Shown here piece by piece: positions 28,055-38,896 of a DNA stretch of 64,000 nt (positions are counted from its first letter, which is position 1; each line of letters begins with the position of its first letter). The DNA is taken from NCBI RefSeq assembly GCF_009914755.1, contig NC_060947.1. One strand, given 5' to 3'. A program made the position numbers and the translations under genes. The DNA comes from the human T2T-CHM13v2.0 reference genome, Homo sapiens. The notes below the pieces were generated by a model. It was not told the origin of the DNA, made no database searches, and was given only the letters and a program-made list of their open reading frames with translations.

Positions 28055-28355
28055 GGCCAGACGCAGTGGCTCACGCCTGTAATCCCAGCACTTTGGGTGG
28101 CCGAGGCAGGCAGATCACGAGGTAAGGAGATCGAGACCATCCTGGCTAACACGGTGAAACCCCGTCTCTACTAAAAATACAAAAAATTAGCCGGGCATGG
28201 TGGCAGGCACCTGTAGTCCCAGCTACTGGGGAGACTGAGGCAGGAGAATGGCGTGAACACAGAAGGCGGAGCTTGCAGTGAGCCAAGATCGGGCCACTGC
28301 ATTCCAGTCTGGGCGACAGAGCGAGACTCTGTCTCAGAAAAAAAAAAAAAAAAAA
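28055..28355 (+). mobile_element. AluY
   Basis: GATCGAGACCATCCTGGCTAACACGG, GAGAATGGCGTGAAC, GGAGCTTGCAG and an A-tail. No TSD. Confidence 0.93.
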
Positions 28356-28369
28356 GAATAAGTAAAATA

Positions 28370-29790
28370 CATAGAAAAATTGTTCTTATCTATGAAGCAG
28401 ATCTCAAAAACATTCAAAGTTTTAAAATCATACAAATATGATCTCTAACCACAATGAAATCGTGGTAGAAATCCAGCAAGTATGAAAACAAACAAAACAT
28501 TTTTATATGTTTGAAAATTAATGAATACACTTCCAAATAACACACTGACCAGAGAAAATAACAGTTAAGGAAAGTTAAGGAACATTTTGAACTAATAAAA
28601 ATAAAAATATAACATATCAAAACATATGGGATACAGCTAAACTTTGTTTATAGGGATATTCACAGACATAATTGCATACATTAGAAAAGAAAATTGTCTC
28701 AATATCAATGATCTGAGCATCCACCCAACAGCAAATGGGTTTATTCTGGAAATACAAGCTTGATTTTGCTTTTGAAAATGACTATAGTTCCCCACAATAT
28801 CAGAATAAAAGGCAACATTATGAATTATTTTATAAAGAGTGTGCATTCCTGCAACAATACAATAATGGATGGATCAAACATAATGGAAAGTTCAGAAACA
28901 GTCTCATACATTTATGGACAATTGATTAGTAACCAAGTTAATACCACCATACAATGGAGAGAGGATGCTGTTTTTCCAAGAAAATGATGCTGGTTCAAAC
29001 AGAATGAAAATTTTTATGAATGAAAAGATACTTGGTCTTTACCTTACAGCACACCACAGACACATACATGCCATATAAATTATTTATCTCAGTGATAAAG
29101 GCAAATAATAAAGTTTTTGGCAGATAGCATAACACATATCTTTATGATTGAGAGAAGAAATAGACATAACAAAATGATTGATAAATTGTAGCTATATTAA
29201 AATTAGTAACTCTTGTCAATTACCAGTAAGATAATGTAAATATATACCAGAATGAAAGTACACACTCAAAATACTGATCAAGAACTCATATCCAAAACTT
29301 ACTAATACAAAAGAACAAAAAATCACTCATAGTCTAAGAAAAGGCACTCAACCTTACTAGTAATCAGCAAAATAAAATTACAATTAGACACTACTCATAT
29401 CCATCAGAATGGCCAAAATTAAAATGATTGACAATTTCAACTGTTGGGAAAATCTAGATGAACTCTCAAATGGTGGGAGTATAAATTTATACTGGTGAGC
29501 AGATGCATAAAATGTGGAAGGAGAATAGAAATGGGACAGAATAAATATTGTATAAATATCAAAATGTATGCTCCCATCAAGAGACACATTTAAGACACAT
29601 AATCCCCTACACCTCAGCACATACATACAATTATTGGGCTATATCTTATACATATGCTCACAGATGTATAAAATATCCAAGGGCATTCATTACAGCATAT
29701 TTATAGCAGCAAAAGACTAAAAAATGTTTATCAATTAGAACTGGTCAGATAAAATGTGGTACTTCTGTGCAATGTTAACTAAATAGTTGT
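28370..29790 (+). mobile_element. Old L1M (L1ME-like) ORF2 fragments with internal deletions, resuming at about 30889-31070
   Basis: EN-region TCTCTAACCACAATGAAAT, then CCATCAGAATGGCCAAAATTAAAA and GATAAAATGTGGTAC; continuation AAGAATGAGGTAG..GTAGTTGCCTCTGG. Confidence 0.7.
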
Positions 29791-29792
29791 AA

Positions 29793-30539
29793 AAATGCAA
29801 ATCAAAACCACAGTGAGATATCATCTCATGTCAGTCAGAATGGTGATCATTAAAAAGTCAGGAAACAATGGATGCTGGAGAGGATGTGGAGAAATTGGAA
29901 TGCTTTTACACTGTTGGTGGGAGTGTAAATTAGTTCAACTGTTTTGGAAGACAGTGTGGTGATTCCTCAAGGATCTAGAACTAGAAATACCATTTGACCC
30001 AGCAATCCCATTACTGGGTATATACCCAAAGGATTATAAATCAATCTCCTATAAAGGCACATGCACACGTATGTTTATTGCAGGACTATTCACAATAGCA
30101 AAGACTTGGAACCAACCCAAATGCCCATCAATGATAGACGGGATTAAGAAAATGTGGCACACATACACCATGGAATACTATGCAACCATAAAAAAGGATG
30201 AGTTCATGTCCTTTGCAGGGACATGGATGAAGCTGGAAACCATCATTCTCAGCAAACTAAGACAAGAACAGAAAACCAAACACTGCATGTTCTTACTCAT
30301 AAGTGGGAGTTGAACAATGAGAACACATGGACACAAGGAGGGGAACATCACACACCAGGGCCTGTTGGGGGGTGGGAGGCTAGGGGAGTGATAACATTAG
30401 GAGAAATACGTAATGTAGATGATGGGTTGATGGGTGCAGCAAACCACCATGGCAAGTGTATACTTGTGCAACAAACCTGCACGTTCTGCACATGTATCCC
30501 AGAACTTAAAGTATAATTAAAAAAAAATAAAAAAAAAAA
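29793..30539 (+). mobile_element. 5'-truncated L1PA7-like element
   Basis: ORF2 C-terminus [27 protein letters not shown]; 3'UTR AATGTAGATGATGGGTTGATGGGTGCAGCAAACCACCATGG; poly(A) at 30519-30539. Confidence 0.9.
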
Positions 30540-30552
30540 TTGATCGGTGGAT

Positions 30553-30858
30553 GGTTAGGGCAGTGAAACTACGCTGCATGAGACTGTAATGGTGGATCCG
30601 TGTCTTTATACATTTGTCCAAACCCACGAAATGTACAATGCGGAGGGTGACCCCTAAAATAAACCATGGGCTCTGGGTGATGGTGATGTAGCAGTGAAGG
30701 TTCATCAATTGGAATAAACGCACCATTCTAGTGAGGGATGTTGCTAGTTGGGGAAGCCATACATGTGTGGGGCCTCAGGTGTGTGGGAAATCTCTGTACC
30801 TTCCTCTCAGTTTTGCTATGTACTTAAACTGTTCTAAAAAATAAGGTCTATTAATAAA
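30553..30858 (+). mobile_element. L1MC1-like 3'UTR fragment (within a probable transduced segment)
   Basis: TTAGGGCAGTGAAACTA..TATACATTTGTCCAAACCCA..GGGAAATCTCTGTACCTTCC..CTAAAAAATAAGGTCTATT. Confidence 0.8.
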
Positions 30859-32305
30859 TAGACAGGTAACCAAAAAAAAAAAAAAAAAGAAGAATGAGGT
30901 AGTTCTAAATCTACCAATATAAAATCACATGTATGATATATGAAAACTAAAAGCAATATGCAAAACAGTATCTAATTCTTAAAGGTGAGCTATCTATCTA
31001 TTTCTTTGTGTAAAATTATTTTACCAAAAAAAAATTCAGTGAAAGTAGTTGCCTCTGGAGAAGAAAACTGGTACCTTAACAAGAAGGATACAATAGTTTG
31101 CTAAAGTTATTATGAGGAATTTTTTAACGGTTTGACTCCAATTCATGTCTTAATCTTCTGCAGTCTAGGTTCAAACTACGTAATCGTTGCACCTGTTATT
31201 CTTGAAATGCAGCTAAGGATTGAATAGTGAACTGAATAGACATTTGATTTTGCTATGTCATCCAGTGACTGCAGGTGTAACTAAATTCGTGTCTATTCTG
31301 TCTTCAGCTCACTACCAAAAGCATGTCTTTTAAAAATCTAGATTTCTTAGGTATGAGCTGAGAGGAGTCAAAAAATTAAAATAAATACAAGTCTACATTT
31401 ATCATGCAAGTTAGGAGGAGCACATGACTTTTGTGTAGCAACCGGAAATTTGATTTTCAAAATGGGTATGACATTATATGTTTACAGACATGTAAAAAAG
31501 TAGAATTTTTATATGTAATGAAAGTTAAAAGAACTGCTTTTCATACTTTGTGTATGTTTTTGAATTTTTAAATTTCTGAAAATTATCCAAAGTTCCTATT
31601 CTAAGGTAGCATATCAGAATTTACTGCAAACAATTGCTAGTTAGAAGAGCTTAATTAATAAGTATAGTGGGACTCATATTTGCAATAAGCATTTCCCTGA
31701 AGAATTGTGCATATCCTAAATTTTTAAAAATTAAATTACACTTTATATGTATTAGAGGAGTTTCCTACTTAGGGACAATCTTTCATTTGTCATTTGAGCT
31801 TATCAGGCTTGTTTAATTAAATTTAGTATAGTAGATATAAAATTACCCAGTACTTGGCATTGTTACCCACCGCCAAAACCAGCATTTAATTAAAAGAAAA
31901 AATCTTATAGGTGTTTGAATTTATCAATTTATTCTACAAAATTGATTAGGTAGCCCTTTGAAGAAAAAATATGAATACTGAACAAAGTAGTAGTCTGTGA
32001 GATAATATACAGGTTATACTCTTGAGAAGCTTACACTGTGGAGTTGGGAAAAGAACAAAATCCTTTATTTAAACTAAAACAAAATATTTAGCAAGCAACG
32101 TTCAGAGCAAGCGATCAATGCAAGGTTATAAATTCCACAGAACATGTTACGATACATAGCTCAGAAGTGAATACCCTGGACAAGCTTAGAAGAAGCTACT
32201 CAACAAGAAAAGGTTATCTGTTAACCTTCATTTTGTAACATTTCTACTTTATTCCTATCAACATGTATACTTTTCCTCTTCTCTCATCCTTTTTACTAAT
32301 TTCTT

Positions 32306-32356
<51 letters not shown>
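32306..32356. repeat. Compound microsatellite (TC)n(CA)16
   Basis: Direct reading. Confidence 0.95.
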
Positions 32357-32358
<2 letters not shown>

Positions 32359-32859
32359 CTTTTACTCCACAGTACCAATAAATACAATTGCAAAGACTTT
32401 TCTTTCCTGATGAAATTTCCAAGTTAAACTTAGTCTGTGCTCAAGACCTTTAAGAGCTTGGAAGCATTTTTATATATTGTTCCCTGGTGTCTTTGATCTA
32501 ATTTCTGGAAACTATTTGAAAATCTCAGGTGTCTGAATGCAAATTTTATCCTTACAGTTCATTAATAGCTCTATAAAAGTTAAATATATGAGCTACTGCA
32601 AAATGGATCAGCTAAACTATTTGCTTAATGGATACACAGCCTGGGTACCACAGTACTAAGAGAAATATAAGGTCACAGTGTCAATTTTACTTGCTCATTT
32701 ATTTTTTTTCTTTCATCATTCCTGCTTCTATGCATTAAGAATGCAAATTCATATTAAAATATATATGACCAAAAAGAAAATAAAATAAGAAAATTAGAAA
32801 CACTGTTGTGGTCAAGTATTAATTCGAGAAAATTGATAATGTTAATTTAATATGTGGTC

Positions 32860-33030
32860 TGCTATTGTGTTAAAAGCTTTACACATATTATTGCATTTAA
32901 AACAAAACACAGTAAGTTAACTATTATTATCATTTTAAAGATAAAAACAAAGAGCAAAAGACTCAATGACTTGCCCAATGTCACACAGTTAGCAAGGAAT
33001 AAATCTAACTCCAAAACCTGGATTATTCAA
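32860..33030 (-). mobile_element. MIR SINE
   Basis: AATGACTTGCCCAATGTCACACAGTTAG antisense core. Confidence 0.75.
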
Positions 33031-33049
33031 ACTCTTTCTCATTAATTTG

Positions 33050-33255
33050 GCGTCAGATAATCCAGGTTCTTACCTTGTCTCTGCGACTGAACTGTGTGAC
33101 CATGGAAAAAGCAGGTAACATCTTTGTGCTTCATTTTGTTTTCATCTTTAAAACAGGGATAATAATAGGACCTACCTCAGGGTCATTCTGGGTAATAAAT
33201 TAGTTGATATATGTGCGGTAGTTATAAGTATGGAATAAGTGTCAGCTATTACATT
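33050..33255 (+). mobile_element. MIR SINE (head-to-head with the previous one)
   Basis: CTGTGTGACCATGG..TCATCTTTAAAACAGGGATAATAATAG..CCTACCTCAGGG. Confidence 0.75.
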
Positions 33256-34205
33256 AGCATTGTTGTTCTTTTCATTACTAATTAATTATTTGGGGAAGGG
33301 AAGGAGATAAATTACCCCATTTTTATATTCTGAAAGGGCTCGACATCACCAATTTCTTTGGTAATCCATCACAGTTGGAGCATGGAATGTTCTGGTTAAC
33401 CTACTATTCTGTTTGATAAAGTGCTATACAATTCATCTTATTCAGATAATAGAGTACCAAATAATTTTAAGATACTGGATATACTATACTAAATTTATAC
33501 TTAAGAAATTTTATCTCATAAATTAATCAGAAAATGCTACAGTCCATTTTTGGGCTTTACTCTCATAAATAATAAATGCGCTTACTATTGGTATTTCAGT
33601 AGTGAAATGTAGAAAGGAATCTAATGTGATACAGGACAGGAAATAGAGTTTACTCTCAATGAACAAACAAAATTTGATTCTTCTGAGTTTAGTAAAGGGA
33701 CCTTTTTGAAAGCAGATTGTCATATCAAGTATTATACTTGCTATTAGAGAAAAATTAAAAGATGTCATTCTCTCTGAAAAAATACATAATACCATAAATG
33801 TAGGTAAATTTCCAGATAATACAGGCCTTCTATACAAGGGGCAGCGTGTTCTTCAGTTCTATCTGCTTTGCCTTGGCATGACATCTCACTCAGAGCTTTA
33901 ATTTCAAGGAAGAATCTTTTTCTAGCTAACATCCTTTAAAGCAAACAAAGAAGGCTGTGCACTGAGGTATATTAAGTTCACATATATTAAGCATTGCTTA
34001 CATTGTCTCTGCAATACAGAAACAAATAGCTATTTTTATAGGATTAATGCACAAGTCATTTCAATTAACAGAAATCATTAAAATGAAGGTTCCATTTTCT
34101 ACAGAAGTCTGGATAGTACTTTCAATAAATACTCCAATTTCTTCAAAGATTTGCATGAGGATTTAGTTGTATAACTTCACTGAAAATTAATAGGATTCAG
34201 ACATC

Positions 34206-36958
34206 AGGACTTCCACTTCAGGATAGGATAAACTTAAGAGACCGAATTTACCACTACTCCATCTGCCCAAAACAACAAGAAGAAATCAAACAAAAACCCT
34301 TCCAAACACACAAAATGATGGTTTATAAGACAATTAATATCAAACAAGTGAGGACAGTGATTCAGAAAAGATGAGAAAAAAAAACAAACCGAAACAACAA
34401 AAATAGTGAGTCTTATGAATGCTTCACCCTACTGCCTTAGAGTTTTCAGGTTACGTTGCAGATAGGAGGAACACAGGCTGAATCTGACAAACTGCCTCAG
34501 TTCAAGTGATGGAGCTGAGAGTCTGGGGACACCAAAATGACTAGAATTTTCATGACAAAGTAACAGATCAGAGAGAGAGAGAATGTCAGAAATCCATAGA
34601 TAATTACCACTGAGCATTTAGCAGAGTACTGATTAGTACATGCATGTAAGGAAGACAGGAAAAGAGCCAACAGAAAGTATTAGAGGGAACACTGTTTGGC
34701 AATCACAAAGGGCAGGAAATAGTGCCTGTTGTAACAAGCCAGAATGGAAACGCCTATGAGAGTTTTTTTTGTTTTGTTTTGTTTTTTCCTCAGTGCAACC
34801 AATTCCCCAATTCTCTGACACCAACTGGGTGTCTTACAGTTCAATTCAATTCTGACACTATTTGAAGGTCACTCAGAACCCACAGGTTAAGGGTTCAGTC
34901 CACAAGACTCCTCCCACTTCAAATAGCAACTACAAATGGGGTGCCTAGGCTATCCACATTTCTGTCTGGCTGACTACAAATTTGGGGTTTAAAATCCCCT
35001 TACATTTGACCATTCACTACTATAACCCACAGGAATCAGGAAAGTACTTTGTTTACCATTACCCGTTTATTATAAAGAATATAACTCAGGAACAGTAAAT
35101 GGAAGAGATACATAAGGCAAGGTAAGGGTTGAAAGGAATAGTGTGGAGCTTCCATTCCTTCTAAGGGTGTACCATTCTCCCAGGACCTTGTGTATTTACC
35201 AACCTGTAACCTCAATGATCCCCATCATTTAAGCGTTTTATAGAGGTTTCATTACATAAGCATGATTGATTAAATCATCAGTTATTGGTGATTGACTCAA
35301 TCTCCAGCCCCTCACCCTTCCTGGAGGTTTGGGGGTGGAACTAAAGCTCCAAATTTTTAATCAAGGCTTAATCTTTCTGGCAACTGGCCTTCATTCTAAA
35401 TTTATGCTAACCTCAAACTTGAAGCTATCCAGGGGTCCACTAAGAGTCAACTCATTAGTACAAAAGAGGCTCCCATCACTCTTATCTCTAAGGAAAGTCC
35501 AAGAGTTTTAAGAGCTCTGTGCCAGGAACTAGAAACAGAGACCAAATATCTTCTTTAGATACCAAGCCTCATAATTCATGAGATAGTGGGTGGGAAACTG
35601 AGAAAGGTTATGTTTCAGTATTGAGAGTAACTAGACTTGGACTATTTGGATCTGGCTAACTAATCTCGAAAGCAAGACCCAAAGGGATAAAACTATTTCC
35701 AAATAGTTTAAATGCATCTCATAACAAAGTACAAGGTTATTTATAGGAATACAAAAATATGCAGGACCAAAGTAAAATTTGCAATGCTTGGATCTATTCA
35801 AAAATTACAAGGCATGAAAAGAAGCAGGAAAATAAACCCCATAAATGAGGAGAAAAATCAAATAGTTTCTAAACCAAACCACAACTGACACTGATGTTGG
35901 AATTAGCAGACAAGTACTTCAGAACATTTATTGTAACAGTAATCCAGATGTTCAGGAAGTTGGTTGAGACATGGAAAATATTTTTAAAAAGCTCAAATCA
36001 AATTTCTAGAGTTAAAAATTACAACTGAGATTTAAACATAATATAAAGGATGGAATTACTGGGCTAATAGACATTGAAAAATAAAATATTAGTAAACTTA
36101 AACCCACAATAAGACACTATCTAGAATAAAAAAAGAGAAAACAAGATGTGCAAAATAAGTGAAAAGAGCACATATGAGTTACTGGATCACTTAAAGTGTC
36201 CTAGAACGTGTTTAATTCGATTCCCAGAGGAAAAAAGATACAGCATAAAGGGGTACAAGGATGATGATGAGCACTCTCACTTCTAGTCAACATTGTAATG
36301 GAGGTTTCATCCAGTGCAACAAGGGAATAAAAAGAAATAAAGGGAACTCAGATTAGAATTAAAGAAATGAATTGTGTTTATTTGCAGAAAATGTCGTGAA
36401 ATCTACAAAAAAGCTACAAATAGTTTTTAGGATACAAGATAAAATGCAAAAATTAATTCCATTAATCTATACTAGCAATGAGCAATCAAACTTTGAAAAA
36501 ATATATTATTTATAATAAACTCACAAAGTATTCAATACTCAGGAATAAATGCCACATAAAATTTGCAAAGATTGTACACTAGCAACTTTAAAACATTGCT
36601 GAGAGAAATTTTAAAAGCCTTAAGTTATTGAAGAGATATGCCTTCTTTATTGGCCAAATGACTCAATATTGTTCACATGTCAATTATCCTCACACTGATT
36701 TATAATTCCACATAATCTGTATCAAAATACAAGTTGGCTTTTAAAATAAATTGACAAACTGGTTCTAAAATTTATATGTAAATCCAAAGGACCTAGAATA
36801 GCCAAAATCATTTTGAAAAAGAAGAAAAAATTTGAAGGGCTAACATATCTGATTACAGGAATTATTATGAGCTTCAGCAATCAAGACAGGATAAACAAAT
36901 ACATCAATGGAAGAGAAAACATAATTCAGAAATAGACACACATAAATAAATGATTCTT
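34206..36958 (+). mobile_element. Old L1M (L1MC/MD-type): 5'UTR, ORF1 and deleted ORF2; continues at 44852-46325
   Basis: GGACTTCCACTTC start; ORF1-like GAATTAGCAGACAAG; ORF2-like ACTTCTAGTCAACATTG and GGACCTAGAATAGCCAAA. Confidence 0.65.
34765..35560 (-). mobile_element. MER21-type solo LTR inserted in the L1M 5'UTR
   Basis: GACACCAACTGGGTGTC..CAATTCAATTCTGACACTA..CCCACAGGTTAAGGG..AGAGCTCTGTGCCAGGAAC..GACCAAATAT. Confidence 0.8.
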
Positions 36959-36959
36959 A

Positions 36960-38896
36960 AATTTTTCATAAAATACATTAAAGTACATGTATCATAAAAT
37001 GCACATCCTTAACCATTTTAACTGTACAGTTCAATGTGTATTTTAAATACACTTTTATATATACTTTAATGTACACTATTAAGTACATTCACACTGTTGT
37101 GCAACCATCACCACCATCTATCTTCAGGACTCTATTCATCTTGCAATGTTGAAACTCTATATCCATTAAGCAACAAGCCAATTAAAACTTCTATTTTCTC
37201 CTCCCACCACTACTTTTTGGTAACCACAATTCTATTTTCTCTCTAGAAATGTGACTACTCTAGTTACCTCAAATAACTGGTATTAAAATATTTGTCTTTT
37301 TGTGACTGACTTATTTATTTCACTTAGCCTAATGTCCTCAAGGGTCTTCCATACTGTAGCCCATTTCAGAATATCATACCCTTTAAAGACTGATTAATAT
37401 TCCATTGTATGTAGAGACCACATTTTCCTTATCCAATGCTCAGTTGATGGACACTTGAGTTGTTTCACCTCTTGGCTTTTGTGAATTATGCTGCTATGAA
37501 CATGGTTGTACAAATATATCTTCAAGACACAGCTTTCAATTATTTGTAGTACATACCTAGTAGTGGAATTTGCGGCTCCTGGGGTAATTATATTTTAATT
37601 TTTTGAGGAATCACCATACTGTTTTCCACAGTGGTTGCACCATTTTATATTCACACCAACAGTGCACAAGGGTTCCATTTTCTCCACATCTTCATCAACA
37701 CTTACAATTTTCTGGGTTTTGTGTGTGTGTGTGTGATACTAGCTATCCTAATAGCATGGTGTAAGGTAATATTACCTTATAGCTTTGATTTGCACTGCCC
37801 TAATGATTAGTGATGTTAGCATCTATTCATAAGCTTATTGGCCACTTGTATAATTTTGGAGAAATGTCTATTCAAGCTGTTTGCCTATTTTTGAATCAGG
37901 TTATTTGTTTTGTTGTTGTTGTTCAGTTTTAAGTGTTCTCCATACATTTTAAATATCAGTTCCTTATCAGATATGTGATTTTCAAATATTTTCACTGACT
38001 CTCTGGGTTGCCTTTTCACTGTGTTGATTGTATCCTTTGATGCATGGAAGTTTTTTCATTTTATCTTAAGGTAGTCTAATTTATCTGTTTTTCCTTTTTT
38101 TGCTTGTGCCTTTGGTGTCATATCCAAACTTTGCTGCCAAATACAATATCATGAAGCATTGTCCCTATGTTTTCTTTTAAGAGTTTTAAAATTTTAGCTC
38201 TTAAGTTTAGTTCTTTCATCGTTTTGACTTAATTTTTGTATGTGGTGTAGGGTAAGTTTCCAACATCATTATTTTGCATGTGGGTGTCTAGGTTTCCAAA
38301 AACCATTTGTTGAAAAGACAGTTCTTTCCTTCATTGAATGGTCTGAACACCCTTGTTGAAAATTATTTGACTATATATGGTATAGTTTATTTCTGGGCTT
38401 TCTGCTTTATTCTATATGTCTGCTTTTAGTCTAGTACCATGTCGTTTTGATTACTGTAGTTTTATACTAAGTTTTGAAATCAGGAAGTGTGAATTCTCTA
38501 ACTTGTGTCTTTTTTTCAAGATTGTTTTGGCTATTCAGGGTACTTTGGGATTCCATGTAAACTTTGGGGTGAGGGTATGATTTTTCAGCAAAAAAAAAAA
38601 ATGTTGTTGGGTTTTGATAGAGATTGCATTGAATCTAGATCACTTTGGGTAGTATCGACATCTTACATCTTAATGATTTTAAGTCTTCCAATCCATAAAC
38701 ATAAGATGTCTTTTATTTTTGTATGTCTTCTTCAACTTTTTTCAGCAATGTTTTATAGTTTTTATTATATGACTTTGTTTTACTTCCTTGGTTAAATTGC
38801 TTCCTAAGCATTTTATTATTTATGATGCTATTGTAAATGAGATTGTTTTCCTAATTTACTTTTTGGATTGCCCATTATTAGTGCATAGAAATATAA
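36960..38896 (-). mobile_element. L1MB-type 3'UTR plus ORF2 3' part
   Basis: ATTAAGTACATTCACACTGTTGTGCAACCATCACCACCATC; antisense ORF2 TTTTGAAATCAGGAAGTGTG. Confidence 0.85.

Noticed and set aside
37036-37052. Small palindrome GTGTATTT-T-AAATACAC in an L1MB 3'UTR
   Set aside because: An 8-bp AT-rich stem is expected by chance in 64 kb.
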